From Anthoceros angustus (taxonomy: Eukaryota; Plantae; Anthocerotophyta), in NCBI GenBank assembly GCA_010909165.1, contig VJWM01000134.1:310001-374000 (forward strand): DNA of 64,000 nt, written 5' to 3'. The position numbers and the translations under genes are program-made. This document shows positions 12,986-25,004 of the stretch, in pieces. How positions within the stretch are numbered: the stretch's first letter is position 1; the number at the start of each line of letters is the position of its first letter. A model generated the notes under the pieces. That model saw nothing but the letters and a program-made list of their open reading frames with translations. It searched no databases and was not told the origin of the DNA.

Positions 12986-15105
12986 AACGCAGAGTGAACC
13001 TCGGACCCACGAACTTAGACATAGGTAAATAATATTATATTTAGGTCACCTTTAAAGGTGATGCTTAATGGGCATGTTCGTGATATTCGTGGGCACCATT
13101 AACAAATAGTTGTGAAGAGAGTGCAAAGAAGAGCGCTAGGAAAAACCTTAACTAATTGTACTCCCAATGGGGTGTAATAAAGATGGGGACCGGAAGAGAA
13201 GAGAGAGAGGGTCCTTATTCTGATCATGTTGCAATTGCATGAGAATTCATAAACAATGCATATGAGAGGGATGTAGTTAAGAGGGTGAAGTGGTAGGAGA
13301 GAGCCGAGTTCGTGTTAAGATTGTAGGCCCACTTGGGGAAAGAAATGACAAACTTAATACCAAGCCTCCAAATGATGTTGCAAGTTAGAAGTGTAACATA
13401 AAATTGCAACAACGACTGTAACATAGGCTGCCCTTTCTAGTAGGGACTTTCTTCGACTCTTCTGTAACCCTACGTTTCCCTTTTCCCTTCTTGTTTGTGC
13501 CCACTGCGCTGTGCCTCTTCTGCTCTGGCAGGTCACCAGCTTCCCACTTTGAGAAGATCTTGTCTACATTCTCCCAGACTTTGCCCTCCTGCTTCGCTAT
13601 GCATAAGATATGAGTCCTGTTGTCCACCTTGTTTTGTTTGTATACATCGTCGTTACGGGCCTCATCATCCTCAATAAGCCCCAGAACCTTGTATAAGTTG
13701 AATTTCCAAGTCATCGTCATCTGAACCCCTTCGCGTTTCGCAATCAACAATTCATCCTTGAGGTACCTGACTTGCTCTATAAAAGACATCTTCCGCCGCT
13801 TGTCCGACATAATATTGTGATCAGTTGCGAGGACTCTCATCTCCTACACAGTGAGGCCACAGTACACATGTGCCTCCACATATTGGAAGCGTTTTTTCCC
13901 AGGGGAGATCTCTGCCAAATGTTTCATGGCTGCATATGTGTGGTTCCCACCCAAGACACCCATGACATATGTCTTTGCCCTGAATTTCTTCCAGTCCAGA
14001 GTGGCGAGATCAGGGCATTCCATCGGATCTATCATGCACAGCAGGGGTAAAACCCCCTCTTCAATTCGCCCTTTCGAGATCACCCGTGCCAAATAGTTTG
14101 TCCACGCTTCGTCCACCCTTCTTATTTGAGCGTCAGGTGTCAGGTGCGACGCAGGACGTAAATTCTCCAATTTCACGAGAACTGTCTCGGGCACCACCTT
14201 CTTGGCGTAAGCAGATTCCCTGATGCGTGTCAGCGGGTCCTCGTCCCGGATAGCGTCTTCCAGTCTCTCCTCGTCCGTCGCGACATGAACTGTCCGGATT
14301 TCAAGAGCCACTCCTCCATCGCCAGTGCCAGCTTTCCGCCCTTTCCTCCTCTTCCCCGTCTCCTGGTTTTCTACCACTGTCCCCGAATGACCCCCACTGG
14401 GATCCGTGGACTCGGCACTCACTTCCCAAGACAATCGCTGGGCGGCCGGCCCGGCGCCTCGCCTCTGAGGCAGCCTCAGGTATTTGGGCCCTGTCGAGGC
14501 TTGGTGGGCGCCGTGGCGCCTTGTGGATGCATTCGGGGCTGGACAAACCGATTATTCGTGACAGTCCCGGCACCTCTCCCTAACGGGCGCCGGCCGGCCG
14601 CCCTCCCTCTGATGCGGATCATACCGGGCAGGACCTCCATGGGCGCAGGCATATCGTAGTCAAACAATATGTCCGCATCTCTTTGCTCTCCACCATCGGA
14701 CTCTTCCAACTCATCATCCGAATGACCAAGAACATCCGGAATCGCCCATCATCCTCATCTTGGACCCAATTCACTCCCTTCATGGTGGGTGGGTCATCCT
14801 CAACATCTTGGTGGTGGCGCAAATCTTACGGTCATAACCCTCTGTGCTCCGGCGGCATGTGATCTCCGCTTTTACCAGGCAGATGAAAGCTCTTCCTACT
14901 TGGGCAGCCTGGGAAACAGAACAGAAGATTAGAAAACAAAAGTTATGCGTGAACATTGCTCTGATGAAGATAAAACACCGCATTCTCGGTAAAGTCCGAA
15001 TCCTTACCGTCTGCTCTCGTCTGCAATCTCGAAACACTTGAACCAGCCTGGATGGCTCACATTTTTTTATAACAAGACCATTGAAGCTCACGTGAAACAT
15101 CTTAT

Positions 15106-18100
15106 TGTGGGCTATGCACTTCCCTGGGGAGTTAGGAAATAAGTAGGGTTTCTGTTTTTTTTAGGATTGAAGGATAAATAAGGCGGAAAAGGAGGAATAA
15201 ATTGGGGTAGCGCTCCGGACGAGGCTCGGAGTATACTCCGGACTGGAGTGAACAACGGACCCTGACCACTATGGCAAGCTCGGACTACGCCGAGTAACGG
15301 ATAAGTCCGGAACCCACTCCAGTCAAAATAGGATAAATCGCCGAGTAACTAGGAGGCGTGAGGAACGAGGCGGCGCCACGTGGGCGGCCACAGTGGAGGT
15401 CATGCAGAGGCCAGACTGTAACGCTGCAGGCCGTTATAGCGGTATTCACGCCCGCGCGCGCGGCGTAAGGCCGCAGGAAGCGAGGGTCGAGTACCATGCA
15501 CTCGCCACGGACAACGAAGAGGCGCCTTCCGCCCGGTTACTTCCACAAGCGCGCCAAGGAGGAGGTCATACGCGCAGCCTCCGCATCCTCACAGCCCTTG
15601 CGCTCCAATCCGGCTCTCTGGCTATCTTTTGGGCGCCGCCTTAGAGCGTGGCACCGTCAAGGTTGGAGCGTGACGCGGCGAAGGAGGAACATCCGGACCG
15701 CCAGCCACAAGAACAAGAGGAGGAGAAAGCAATGGCACCCAAAAAGCCGAGAAGTCTGGGAGCCATGGACCCTCGTGGCGCAACATTGTGACCCGGCTAT
15801 CCGGACTTGGGCCTGGCGAAGGAGGAAGAAGGGGCGTGGTGCAGAGTGGCATCCGGACGTGTTCCAAATGGTGCGGACCTTTGACAGCGTCACTCTAGTC
15901 CGGGAGTTTGCCCTAAAGATGCGGCGGCGATCAACAAGGAGGTCCGATCCAAGAACCTCCGGGAGGACCGAGGCGATGGACCTTGGAGGTCCCGAGGATG
16001 GCCTACAACCGCCAAGGAGGAAGAAGGGGCGTGGTGCAGGCCCCTTAAGGCGAAGGGAAGATAGGGCCGCCACGCGCGGCGCCGAGGCTCGAACGCACGA
16101 CAACCAACGGATGGTTGATATCCGATCTGCTGGGCGGTCGAGTAAGGCGGTAGCCGGATCATTGTCCATTGAACTCGCCACCAAGGTGGATCACCTTGGT
16201 GATAACTGCTGGTATTCTGCATGCGCTCGGTGAGGAAGAAGGAGCGGAGGCGGTGGGAAGGATTATCTTCGCCGGTCGATCGAGCGCAAGCTAAGGCGAA
16301 GCCCTCGCCATCGGTGACCCATACGATTCATGTATGGGGACATTTCGAGCTCTGAAGGAGGGAGAGCTTGAGCGGGCGCTCGGGTGGAGGCCACCCGAGT
16401 AGGCGTGCAAGGCGCCGAGGTGGGGGTCGTCCTTGAAGACCAAGCGGACTCGGGAGGAGGACGACCGAGGATTCCGGACTCCATACGTGAGCGAACCCCT
16501 CACCACCTGTGGAAGTTTGGGAGGCGATTCCCCTTCCCTCCTTTTGGTGCCCTCCGAGAAAGCATGTGAGGGAGTCGATGCCGAGGGCGCGGCCCGGCAC
16601 CGTAACAAACCAACAACAACCGGCCGAGCCCCGAACCGGGAGCCAAGAGGCGGAAGGCGGTGCCGCCTACCAACGCAAAGACCTCGGAGGTGCAGACTAC
16701 CCCCGCCACGAGTGGCAAGAGGTCAAGAGGCTAAGGAGGGCAGAAGGACGTGGCCCAAGGAGTGGAGGTCACCGGCAGCAGCCCCACCTCGAGCCGGCCC
16801 TGCCCCGGCAGTGAAGGGGCAAAAGAGCTTGCTCCGGACCCCTCACCTCCGAGCCCGGAGAAAGAGGGCACAAAGGAGTTAGAGGCCAAGAGGGCCAAGA
16901 GGGTGAGACTCGGACCTCACCACTGTGACCGAGGGTCTGATTAGGTCCGAGAACCCATCCGGACTTACTCCGGACCGCGGTATGGAGGTCCTTGGCGGAC
17001 CGAAATGCCGGCTCCCACTACGGACTTTGTGGGGGCCTCACCGGCCGTGGAAGAAACACGGCGAGTCACAGCTACCGTCATGGACGGAATGCTTTGGGGT
17101 CTCTGGGTACAATGAGAAGACCTGTGAAGTGGAGGCCACCCGAGGAGGATGGTGGAACTCCAAGAGCAAGTGAAGGCGCCGAGGCAAAGGAAAAGGCGGA
17201 GTCCCTCGGATCGAGGAAGGAGCAGCGGAGGCGGAGGAGGCCGGGCGCGGTTCACAGATCCAAGGTTCTTCACCAGGCGAACAAGCAAGCCTGAGGCCCA
17301 AGCGGGCGGAGGACCTTGCGAAGAGGGAAGCGCAGCAGAGGCGGAAGAGGCCGGGCACAAGCGAGAGAGCTCGGGACTGGCGGAGAGGAGGGCCAAGAGG
17401 GCCAAGAGGGCCAAGAGGGCCAAGAGGGCCAAGAGGGCCAAGAGGGCCAAGAGGGCCAAGAGGGTGAGACTCGGACCTCACCACTCGGGAGGAAACCGGG
17501 TGGGCGTGAGTCGGACTTTGTCCGGACCGAGGCTAACTCGAAGGCCGAGGGGCAAAGGAAAAGGCGGAGAGGAGGGCCAAGAGGGTGAGACTCGGACCTC
17601 ACCACTCGGGAGATAGAGGATCTCCGAGTACCCAGGAGGTAGAAGGAGGCGCAGCAGATGGAGGCAGCAAGGACACCTGGAGCTACAACTCCAAGATGCG
17701 TCGGAGGCGGTGATTCTCAACGAGAGAATCCACGACCTCGAGCACGAAGCAGTGCCTCGGCTCCGTCAAGACGGAGGAAAATCGGCGACTATCCAAGGAG
17801 TTGGACGCTGCTGCTGCCAAGGAGGAGGAAGTCGAGTCGGACGGAGGTATCCGACCTGGAGAGGGAGTCATGAGCTAAAGGCCGTAATGAACGGGAGCGC
17901 GAGCACGGAAGCGTAAAAGAAGCCGCCGTCCAGAGAAAGGCGGGAACGCCGCTATGGCGGTAAGCGATGGAAGGAAACGACGGAGCCGGAGCAAGTGAGC
18001 AACAGGCACCGCAGGAGGTGACCGAGGCCCCTTGTAGCCTCAGATACACCTGCCCACCCAACCGGCAGGAGAGGTGGCCCAACAAGGCAAAAGACGCCCC

Positions 18101-19555
18101 TAACACTTATGGCGGAGGGAGTATCGGGTGCTCGGGCACACGTGGAAGAGGCAATTCAACAAGTCGATTCGGACTTTGCCTATTACCAGAGCTCACCGAT
18201 AGAAGCCTCGACTCCCGAGACGGACCCTGGAAGGCTCAAGGAGATGAAGGCCACGGACAAAGACAGGACCCTAGTGGCCTGTTTGGAGATAGCGGGAGGC
18301 GGAGAGGAGCAGCGGAGGAGGCGAGCGAGGCGGCGGATGCGGCGGTAAGCACCCGCACCTCACCATGGAAGGAGGGCCAACGGAGTCACCGGGCGACAGG
18401 AGGACTTGAGGAGAGCCACGGAGGAGTCCGTGAGGGAGGAAACCGGGTGGGCGTGAGTCGGACTTTGTCCGGACCCGAGGAGGAGGCCGGACCACAGTCC
18501 GGACCTCAGGGAGGCCGGACCACAGTCCGGACTGAATAAGTCCGGACTCAAGTCCGGACCTCGGTAATAAGTCCGGACCACAGTCCGGACCACAGTCCGG
18601 ACCACAGTCCGGACCACAGTCCGGACTCAAGTCGTGGAGTCGAGGCAGACCTCGAGGACTGCAAGGAGGAGCCCCTTGACTTACGCTTAGGGGAGCCGAT
18701 AGCGGTGGCCCCACCGGGCGACCCTGTGGAGGGGCCAGGGAGGATGACGCCGTGGTAACGGCGCCGCCGACCGCCAGAGCCCAACCCGATGTGATTCCGG
18801 GAGAGGAGGGCCCTCACGGATCATCCGATTGGGTGCACCACAACCGTGACGGGATTGACCACCCATTCGGGAGAGGAGGGGCCAGGACCTTCCCACCTAC
18901 AAGGCGAGGAGGGGGGAGAATAGGGTAGGTACCGATTAGGGTATACCACCGCTATCGGTAATAAAGACGCCACCTTGGGCGCAGATAAGAGGGCCGAGGT
19001 CTAGTAAAGCATCTTTCTCTTGGTGTTGATGCCGCTCTGCACCTTGTGAGTCTTCTTGCTAACGTGAGTCCGAGTCACCGAAAGGTGCACGGCACCCGGG
19101 AGATTGATCAAGGTCCCGTGACGGACTTAGCGTTGTGGTGTGTGTGGAAGGGTGACCGTGATCCGTGGCCCGAGCCGCGGTCCGACACCGTCTGACGAAC
19201 GTGGAGCCGGAGGAACTCGGGAGGGTGTGTAGAGCCGGACGAGAGGCCCGGAACGAGGAGGTCCGGATCAGAACCGCGGCTTTTCTAAGACCAAGAGTGT
19301 AGCGTGAGAGAGAGAGAAGGACTGGATGCGTGAGGATGATGTGAACGATACGGACGCGAACGGGTCCTAAACGCTTGGCCATACCGGCTGACGGTGAACG
19401 TGAGTAGTTAGGAGTGTGTGTTGACCGAACGAGCGCTAAGGACGGTAAGAATCACCGAAACGCAGAACGGGCCTATCATTCCCTTTGGGAACGGACTTCT
19501 TCCTACAACGACACGGATTGTGCGCGCACCGGCCATCAAGAAAAAGTCCGCCACA
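15106..19555 (+). repeat. 5' LTR (about 4.45 kb)
   Basis: tgtgggctatgcact...gtccgccaca, colinear with 25005-29305. Confidence 0.9.
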
Positions 19556-19558
19556 TTT

Positions 19559-19573
19559 TGGCGCTGCTCGGGA
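19559..19573 (+). other. Primer binding site-like sequence (TGGCGCTGCTCGGGA)
   Basis: TGG-initiated motif 3 nt after the LTR-terminal CA. The priming tRNA is not assigned. Confidence 0.65.
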
Positions 19574-19619
19574 ATGAAATCGGTGCCGCAAAGTGCGCCC
19601 TTAGGAAGAGAAGGTAAGT

Positions 19620-22600
19620 GAATGCGTCGAGCGACGGCCAAGAGTGAACTGGGAGGATCGGACGTGGTCACCTCGCTCTCCGAGCTGAGAGGAGAGACGC
19701 CAAACCCAACGAGAGCACCGCCGATCGAGGAGGGAGAACGTGGTCGAATTGGACCAAGAAGTACGGCACGAGGGACGCCAACGGAAGAAGGTAGGATGCC
19801 CCACGCCTAACCCATCGATGGCGCACCATGGCCCCTACCTCGACCAAACAAGCGACTCCATATTCGGAGGGAAGAAGGAGCGGATGCGAGACCTTTGTGG
19901 AGGACTTCGTGTCCAAAGCCAACTTCAACGGAGAGGGAGTCGACGCAGCTCATCCAGCCTTTTCCAAGGGTTCTCCGAGGACATGCTCAATGGTATCGGA
20001 GAAAGTACCGACCACGGAGAATGCCCCACCCGCCTGCTTGAAGCTTTGAAAATGCCTCTTAGAACTTTCGAGGGATCACCGTGAGGGTATGTATTATCAA
20101 AGTTGGAAAATCAAGCGAGGAAGAAGGAGAAGTCCTCAGACATCGAGCGTTCTATGCCCGAGGATCGATCCAACCCATACCACGATGCAAGCGACGGGTT
20201 CGCGGCCTAGCCAAACCCATGGCTGTGCACGCCCCGGCCGAGAAGGACGTGGGCATGAGGCCGAAAACTACGAGGAATCGCTACATCGAGGATAAAGAAC
20301 CGCCAAGGAGGCAAGAAGAAGAAGAAGAAACGGGTTCGACTGAGGAGGAAGAGTCTTCAGGAGGAGGAAGACCAATGAGGTGTCTTCGAGGAGGAGCGTC
20401 CAAGAAGAGACGGAGGTCTCTAGCGAGGAAGAGTATCCCCAAGAAGAAGAGCAAGAAAGCCCCGAAGCGGTGGTAAGAAGGAGGTGGTGACACCAAGACC
20501 GGTCCGAGAAGCTCCACCGACTCCCTCAAGGAGGTAGGTGTCCGGGAGGACTGATAAAGAGAGTAGAGGACCGCGATAAACTGTTAAGGACCGAGAGCGC
20601 GGAAAACACCGACTACGGTGCGCGAACGATCTCGTGTGCCGTGTGCCAAGAATACACGGCCATTCGAATCCAACCGCCTCAAGGCCGTGCATCAAGTGGA
20701 CTACGAATACGAGGAGGAGGCTGAGGAGCAATGGGAAGAGGCCTATCAGGTACAGGAAGCCCCCTCTGGGCCGCGATATCCCAAAACCATGTATCCGTCA
20801 ACCGGAGGTCCGTCAATACAACGAGCCCCACCGATGCAGCACCGCATGGGAGCCCCTTCAGGTATCCTCCGTACGGCCGTGGTCTGTTGGAACTGCGGGA
20901 ATCCTGGCCATTACTCCAACGCGTGTCCGTACCCAACGAGGCAGGGTAATGGGGACTTCGAGCACTGGCGATGCAAGTGGCATATGTGCACGCTATGTCC
21001 CAACCCCGCAAGGACGACGATATGCCACACCAAGCGGAGAACCCCGACCACCAACGCCACCTCCTAAGACCGTACTGCACGGCAAGTCAAGATGCTCTGG
21101 CGGAGGAAGAGATTCCCAGGTAGATGGAAAAGAACAAGAAGGTACTGGGGTGTCGAAAGGAAGGGAGTGGAAATCTTGAGGTGTCTACTGAGTCAAGGAA
21201 GGAGCGACGAGAAAGGCGCCAGGAAGAAGAACAAGGCGGGCCACGACGAGGAAGGCAATCAAACGGAAATACCAGAGGATCCGACCGATGAAGGAGGGCT
21301 GACGCAGCCTCACGGAGGGATTCAAGGAAGTTCTCCCATGTGATGGAGAAGGGAACGGTGCCTCCGCGACGGCGACGTTAGCTTCCACCGGACGAGTCCG
21401 GAGGTGACCGAGATGTTGCAGGAGGAAATGCAAGCATCCGGAGAATACCGAACACGGTGACCGGGGAGAGGATGAGGACGCAGCAGGATCCTCGATTGGG
21501 GTAGAAGCCTCGCCTTTAATGTGGCGGACCGATGATGAATCGCCAGCACCTTGTGTCCTTTCGACACCGAGGGATAACCAACCGGCAAGAGGTCCGTCGC
21601 CGTTAGGAAACCCACCGCGAGCACCAAAGCCGTGAAGGGTAGCACTGGAAGTGAGGGTGGTGTCCCATACGACCCGCCAGTGGTACAAGTGGAGATTGGA
21701 TGTATCATCAAGGATGTACCTGCTGACACGGGTCCGGAGTCAACCTCATCACAAGCCACGACGAAAATTGGGCTTCACATCCTTCAACCTCAACGAAGAC
21801 TCGAGAATGGCGTATATGTCAAGAAGAGATCCGGGGAGTTAACCGAGTCTTGGCCACCATAGCGCACCCTACAAACCGGATTTTGTTGTGATCAAACCGC
21901 CGGACCATTAGGGTATGAGGTTGGGCCATGGTCGGGTTGGCCTGCAGCTACACTTTGGAAGGAAGGAGATTCACTTCAAGCCGTGGATGGGACCCTAAGT
22001 AGAAGGGAGGGTTGCTATCACCGGAGCAAGGACACCTATTGTGGGAAACCGTGAGCACTACCGAAGGGTATACCTCGGGAGGACTCCATCAAACAAGATA
22101 GTTCCGAGGAGGCGACCTTTCGCCAAGATCCGCCGGTCCGAGGAGGAGATGGACTACCGTGGATGCCTTTGGTGCGATTGATTGTTTTAGTAAACGCCAC
22201 AACGGGCCGGAGGAAGGAAGTGAAGAGGAGGTCGGACCAAAGACAAGGGGAGACAACAAGAGTCGGACCAAGGAAAAGACATCAAGGAGTAACACGATTC
22301 ACCTCCGAGTCTCTGAGAGAATGGGGATGCGAGAGGACGATCCCCAGAGGAGGACGAGGGTTTGACGCAGCGAGGCAAAGACGAACGGAGACGGTGAACC
22401 CGGACGACGTGGAAGAAGTGGAGGTCCGTGCAAATTCAAGTTTAAGAAAGGCATGCCTGGACCAAGGAAGGACTAAAGCATGGGAGTGAGGTGTTCGCTC
22501 AAGGTCACATGAAGGGCATTCAAGAAGTGGGAGAGCATAAGATCGATTTGAGCGAGCCACCAACTGGACAATACAAGCTCAACCCCAAGTATTCGATCAA

Positions 22601-24970
22601 GGTGAAGGAGGTCCTTGATAAGTACCGGAGGGACATCATTTTCCCCATCGTCACGAGTGGGTCGCTACCGATTGTGGTGGTTCCCAAGAAACAACCAGAC
22701 AAATTCGGTATGCCAAGATTGAGGAAGCTCAACGAGAAGGACCACTTCCGATGCCATTCAGAGACGACATTTTGGACAAGGTGGTCGGACGGACTACTTA
22801 CTCCTTCCCGGATGGCTACTCCGGATATAACCAATTGCACCTAAGGGAGTTTGACCGACAAGACGACCTTCACTACGGAGGTACGCTTGCCTACAAGAGA
22901 AGTGCCTTTGGGATGACCGAGCGCTGTGGTCGCTCATGCGTATGGTGACCAACGCCTCCGTGACTTCGAGGGACTTCATGGAGATATTCTGGATGATTTT
23001 GTGTGCATGGGGAGCAGGACAAACACCTTGGGCATCTAAGAAGGTGCTTGAGCCGGAGACTCCAATTGAGCCTACAGAGAAATGCTACTTTGGAATGACG
23101 GAGGGAATCTGGACATCGTGCCGCTGGAATCGAGGTGGACCAGACAAGGTCCGGTCATCCACTTACCGACGAACCTAAAGGAGCCGAGAGGTTTCGGAAT
23201 GGTGGGATACTACCGCCGGTTTATTAAGGACTTTGCAAGAGGCTAAGTTGATGTAACCATCATGAAGGAGGAGGTTTGGACCGGGAGCGAGAGGAGGCCT
23301 TCGGATTTACGGTAACACCTTGGTAAGCGCCTTCTAAGAGGACCGGATCGAGCGAAATTTCATGTGTATGTAGATGTGTCCGCTTTGCTATCGGAGTAGT
23401 GCCGAGCCGGACGAAGCGGCGGATTATCCGTATACTACTACCGGACGACTCACCCACGCGAACGAAAATACACAACTACAGAGCCAAGCACCGGGTATGG
23501 TATATGCCAAGAAATTCACACTACCTACTACCCAAAGTGAGTTTGTGTTCTATGTAGACCACTTTACTCAAGCATCCGGTGAATAAGACGGACCGTCCGG
23601 ACGGATAGCAAGGTGGATATTGTTGCCGCAGGAGTTCACGTCAAGTGGAAACAAGACAAGGAGGCAGATTTCGTCACGATTGAAAACAGCAGTGTGAGAG
23701 ATCGTGAAGATGCTCCCTGGATGAGACATTGGTTGCGCAGCAGTACAACCGGAGGAGCCCACCCAACCCCAAGCTACGAGAACCGCCTTAGCGAGAAGGG
23801 AGGTCCGCCGTCCGACCCACGAAGAAATAGAGCGCACTGGGAATGGAGCTTCAAAATCGACTCGTGGATGAGGGAGGCATTCGCACTATGCTCGACCCTT
23901 CGTAATGTACAACGGTGTGTGTTCAAATTAGGGCCTGGACGAGAACGAAGGTACTTGCAACCGCAGAGAGGAGCCGTCAAGGGAATGCACTAAGGATTGG
24001 GGTGGACACTACGCAAGACAGTCACCACCAAAAGATTTTGAAGCGGGATACCGTGGCCAACAATGTATGGGGACACCCACCGCTTAGGAAGAAGTGTGAT
24101 GCTTGTCACGGATCGGAAAGCCAACCCCGACGACAGCTGGCCGCTAGTACCGATATTGGCACCGGCACCTTCAAAAGTGGGGTATTGACTTTGTTGGACC
24201 TATACACCACGACAAGACACACACAAGGAGATACATCCCGGTGGCAACGACCATCACTGTGTGGGTAGAGGCTATGGCAAAGAACGGACTAAATACCGTG
24301 GCCAAATTCGTGACGAGAACATCATAACCCGACGGATGTCCAGCTGGTAAGTGATAGGGGAACCCATTTCCTTAATGATGTGGTGGCCGCCATGACGGAG
24401 TATTTGCATCAATCATCGCAAGACGGCACCCTACAATCCTAAGGCCAATGGGTTGACAGAGAAGACAAATGGGCTCATCCGCAGGATCTCGAATAAACTC
24501 AGGAACTACGCCCATGACTGGATACCAAGTCGCCATCCGACTGTATGCCCGGACAGCAGAGAAGGTGACCACACAACGGACCTTACTTACTTGACCTACG
24601 ACACTCTCCGTAATGCCGTGAGAGTTTGAAGTGCCCACTTTTCGAGTAATGATGGAAGGGAGACTGACAGAGAGGAAAGCCACCGAGCGACTCTTGGGGT
24701 TTGTGAAGAGAGGATGGGGAAGAAGCTCACCAAGATGCAATGGTGCAAAACCAAAAGATTTGGCACGATCGCCGATCGGAATCGTGGAGTATGTAAAGGA
24801 AGGGACCCGCCTCCTTTATGATAGTCGACATGCATTTTCCGTGCAAACTTCACCGAGATGGATGGGTCCGTCAAGTGGTGCAAGTATATGACAACGGTCC
24901 GCCCGCCATGCCTAGATGGAGAGCCGCTGCCCACTGGTAAACGGTGGCGGGTGAAGAAGTATCATGCTTA
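19620..24970 (+). pseudogene. gag-pol, heavily frameshifted
   Basis: Zinc knuckle CWNCGNPGHYSNAC at 20885-20926. Protease-like region near 21680-21760. RT motifs YKLNPKYSIKVKE, PIVVVPKK and PFRDDILDKV.G..YSFPDGYSGYNQ at 22570-22840. RNase H motifs FHVYVD, FYVDH and GRIARWILL. Integrase motifs SDRGTHFLN and PYNPKANGL.EK.N at about 24350-24470. Confidence 0.88.
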
Positions 24971-24992
24971 GTGTTGGCGAGACGCCAATGAT

Positions 24993-25002
24993 GAGAAGGG
25001 AG
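24993..25002 (+). other. Polypurine tract (GAGAAGGGAG)
   Basis: Purine run just before the 3' LTR TG at 25005. Confidence 0.75.
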
Positions 25003-25004
25003 TA

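Noticed and set aside
12458-13032. Leu/Pro/Ser-rich ORFs
   Set aside because: Translations of the (CCT)n polypyrimidine tract.
17385-17465. Collagen-like (GPL)n, (RAK)n and (EGQ)n ORFs
   Set aside because: These are frames of a 9-bp gagggccaa repeat. It is absent from the 3' LTR and flanked by re-used LTR segments, so it is likely slippage or a polishing artifact.
18490-18630. Repeated gtccggaccaca units resembling a CRISPR-like array
   Set aside because: 12-bp tandem units with no unique spacers, inside an LTR, with no cas genes.
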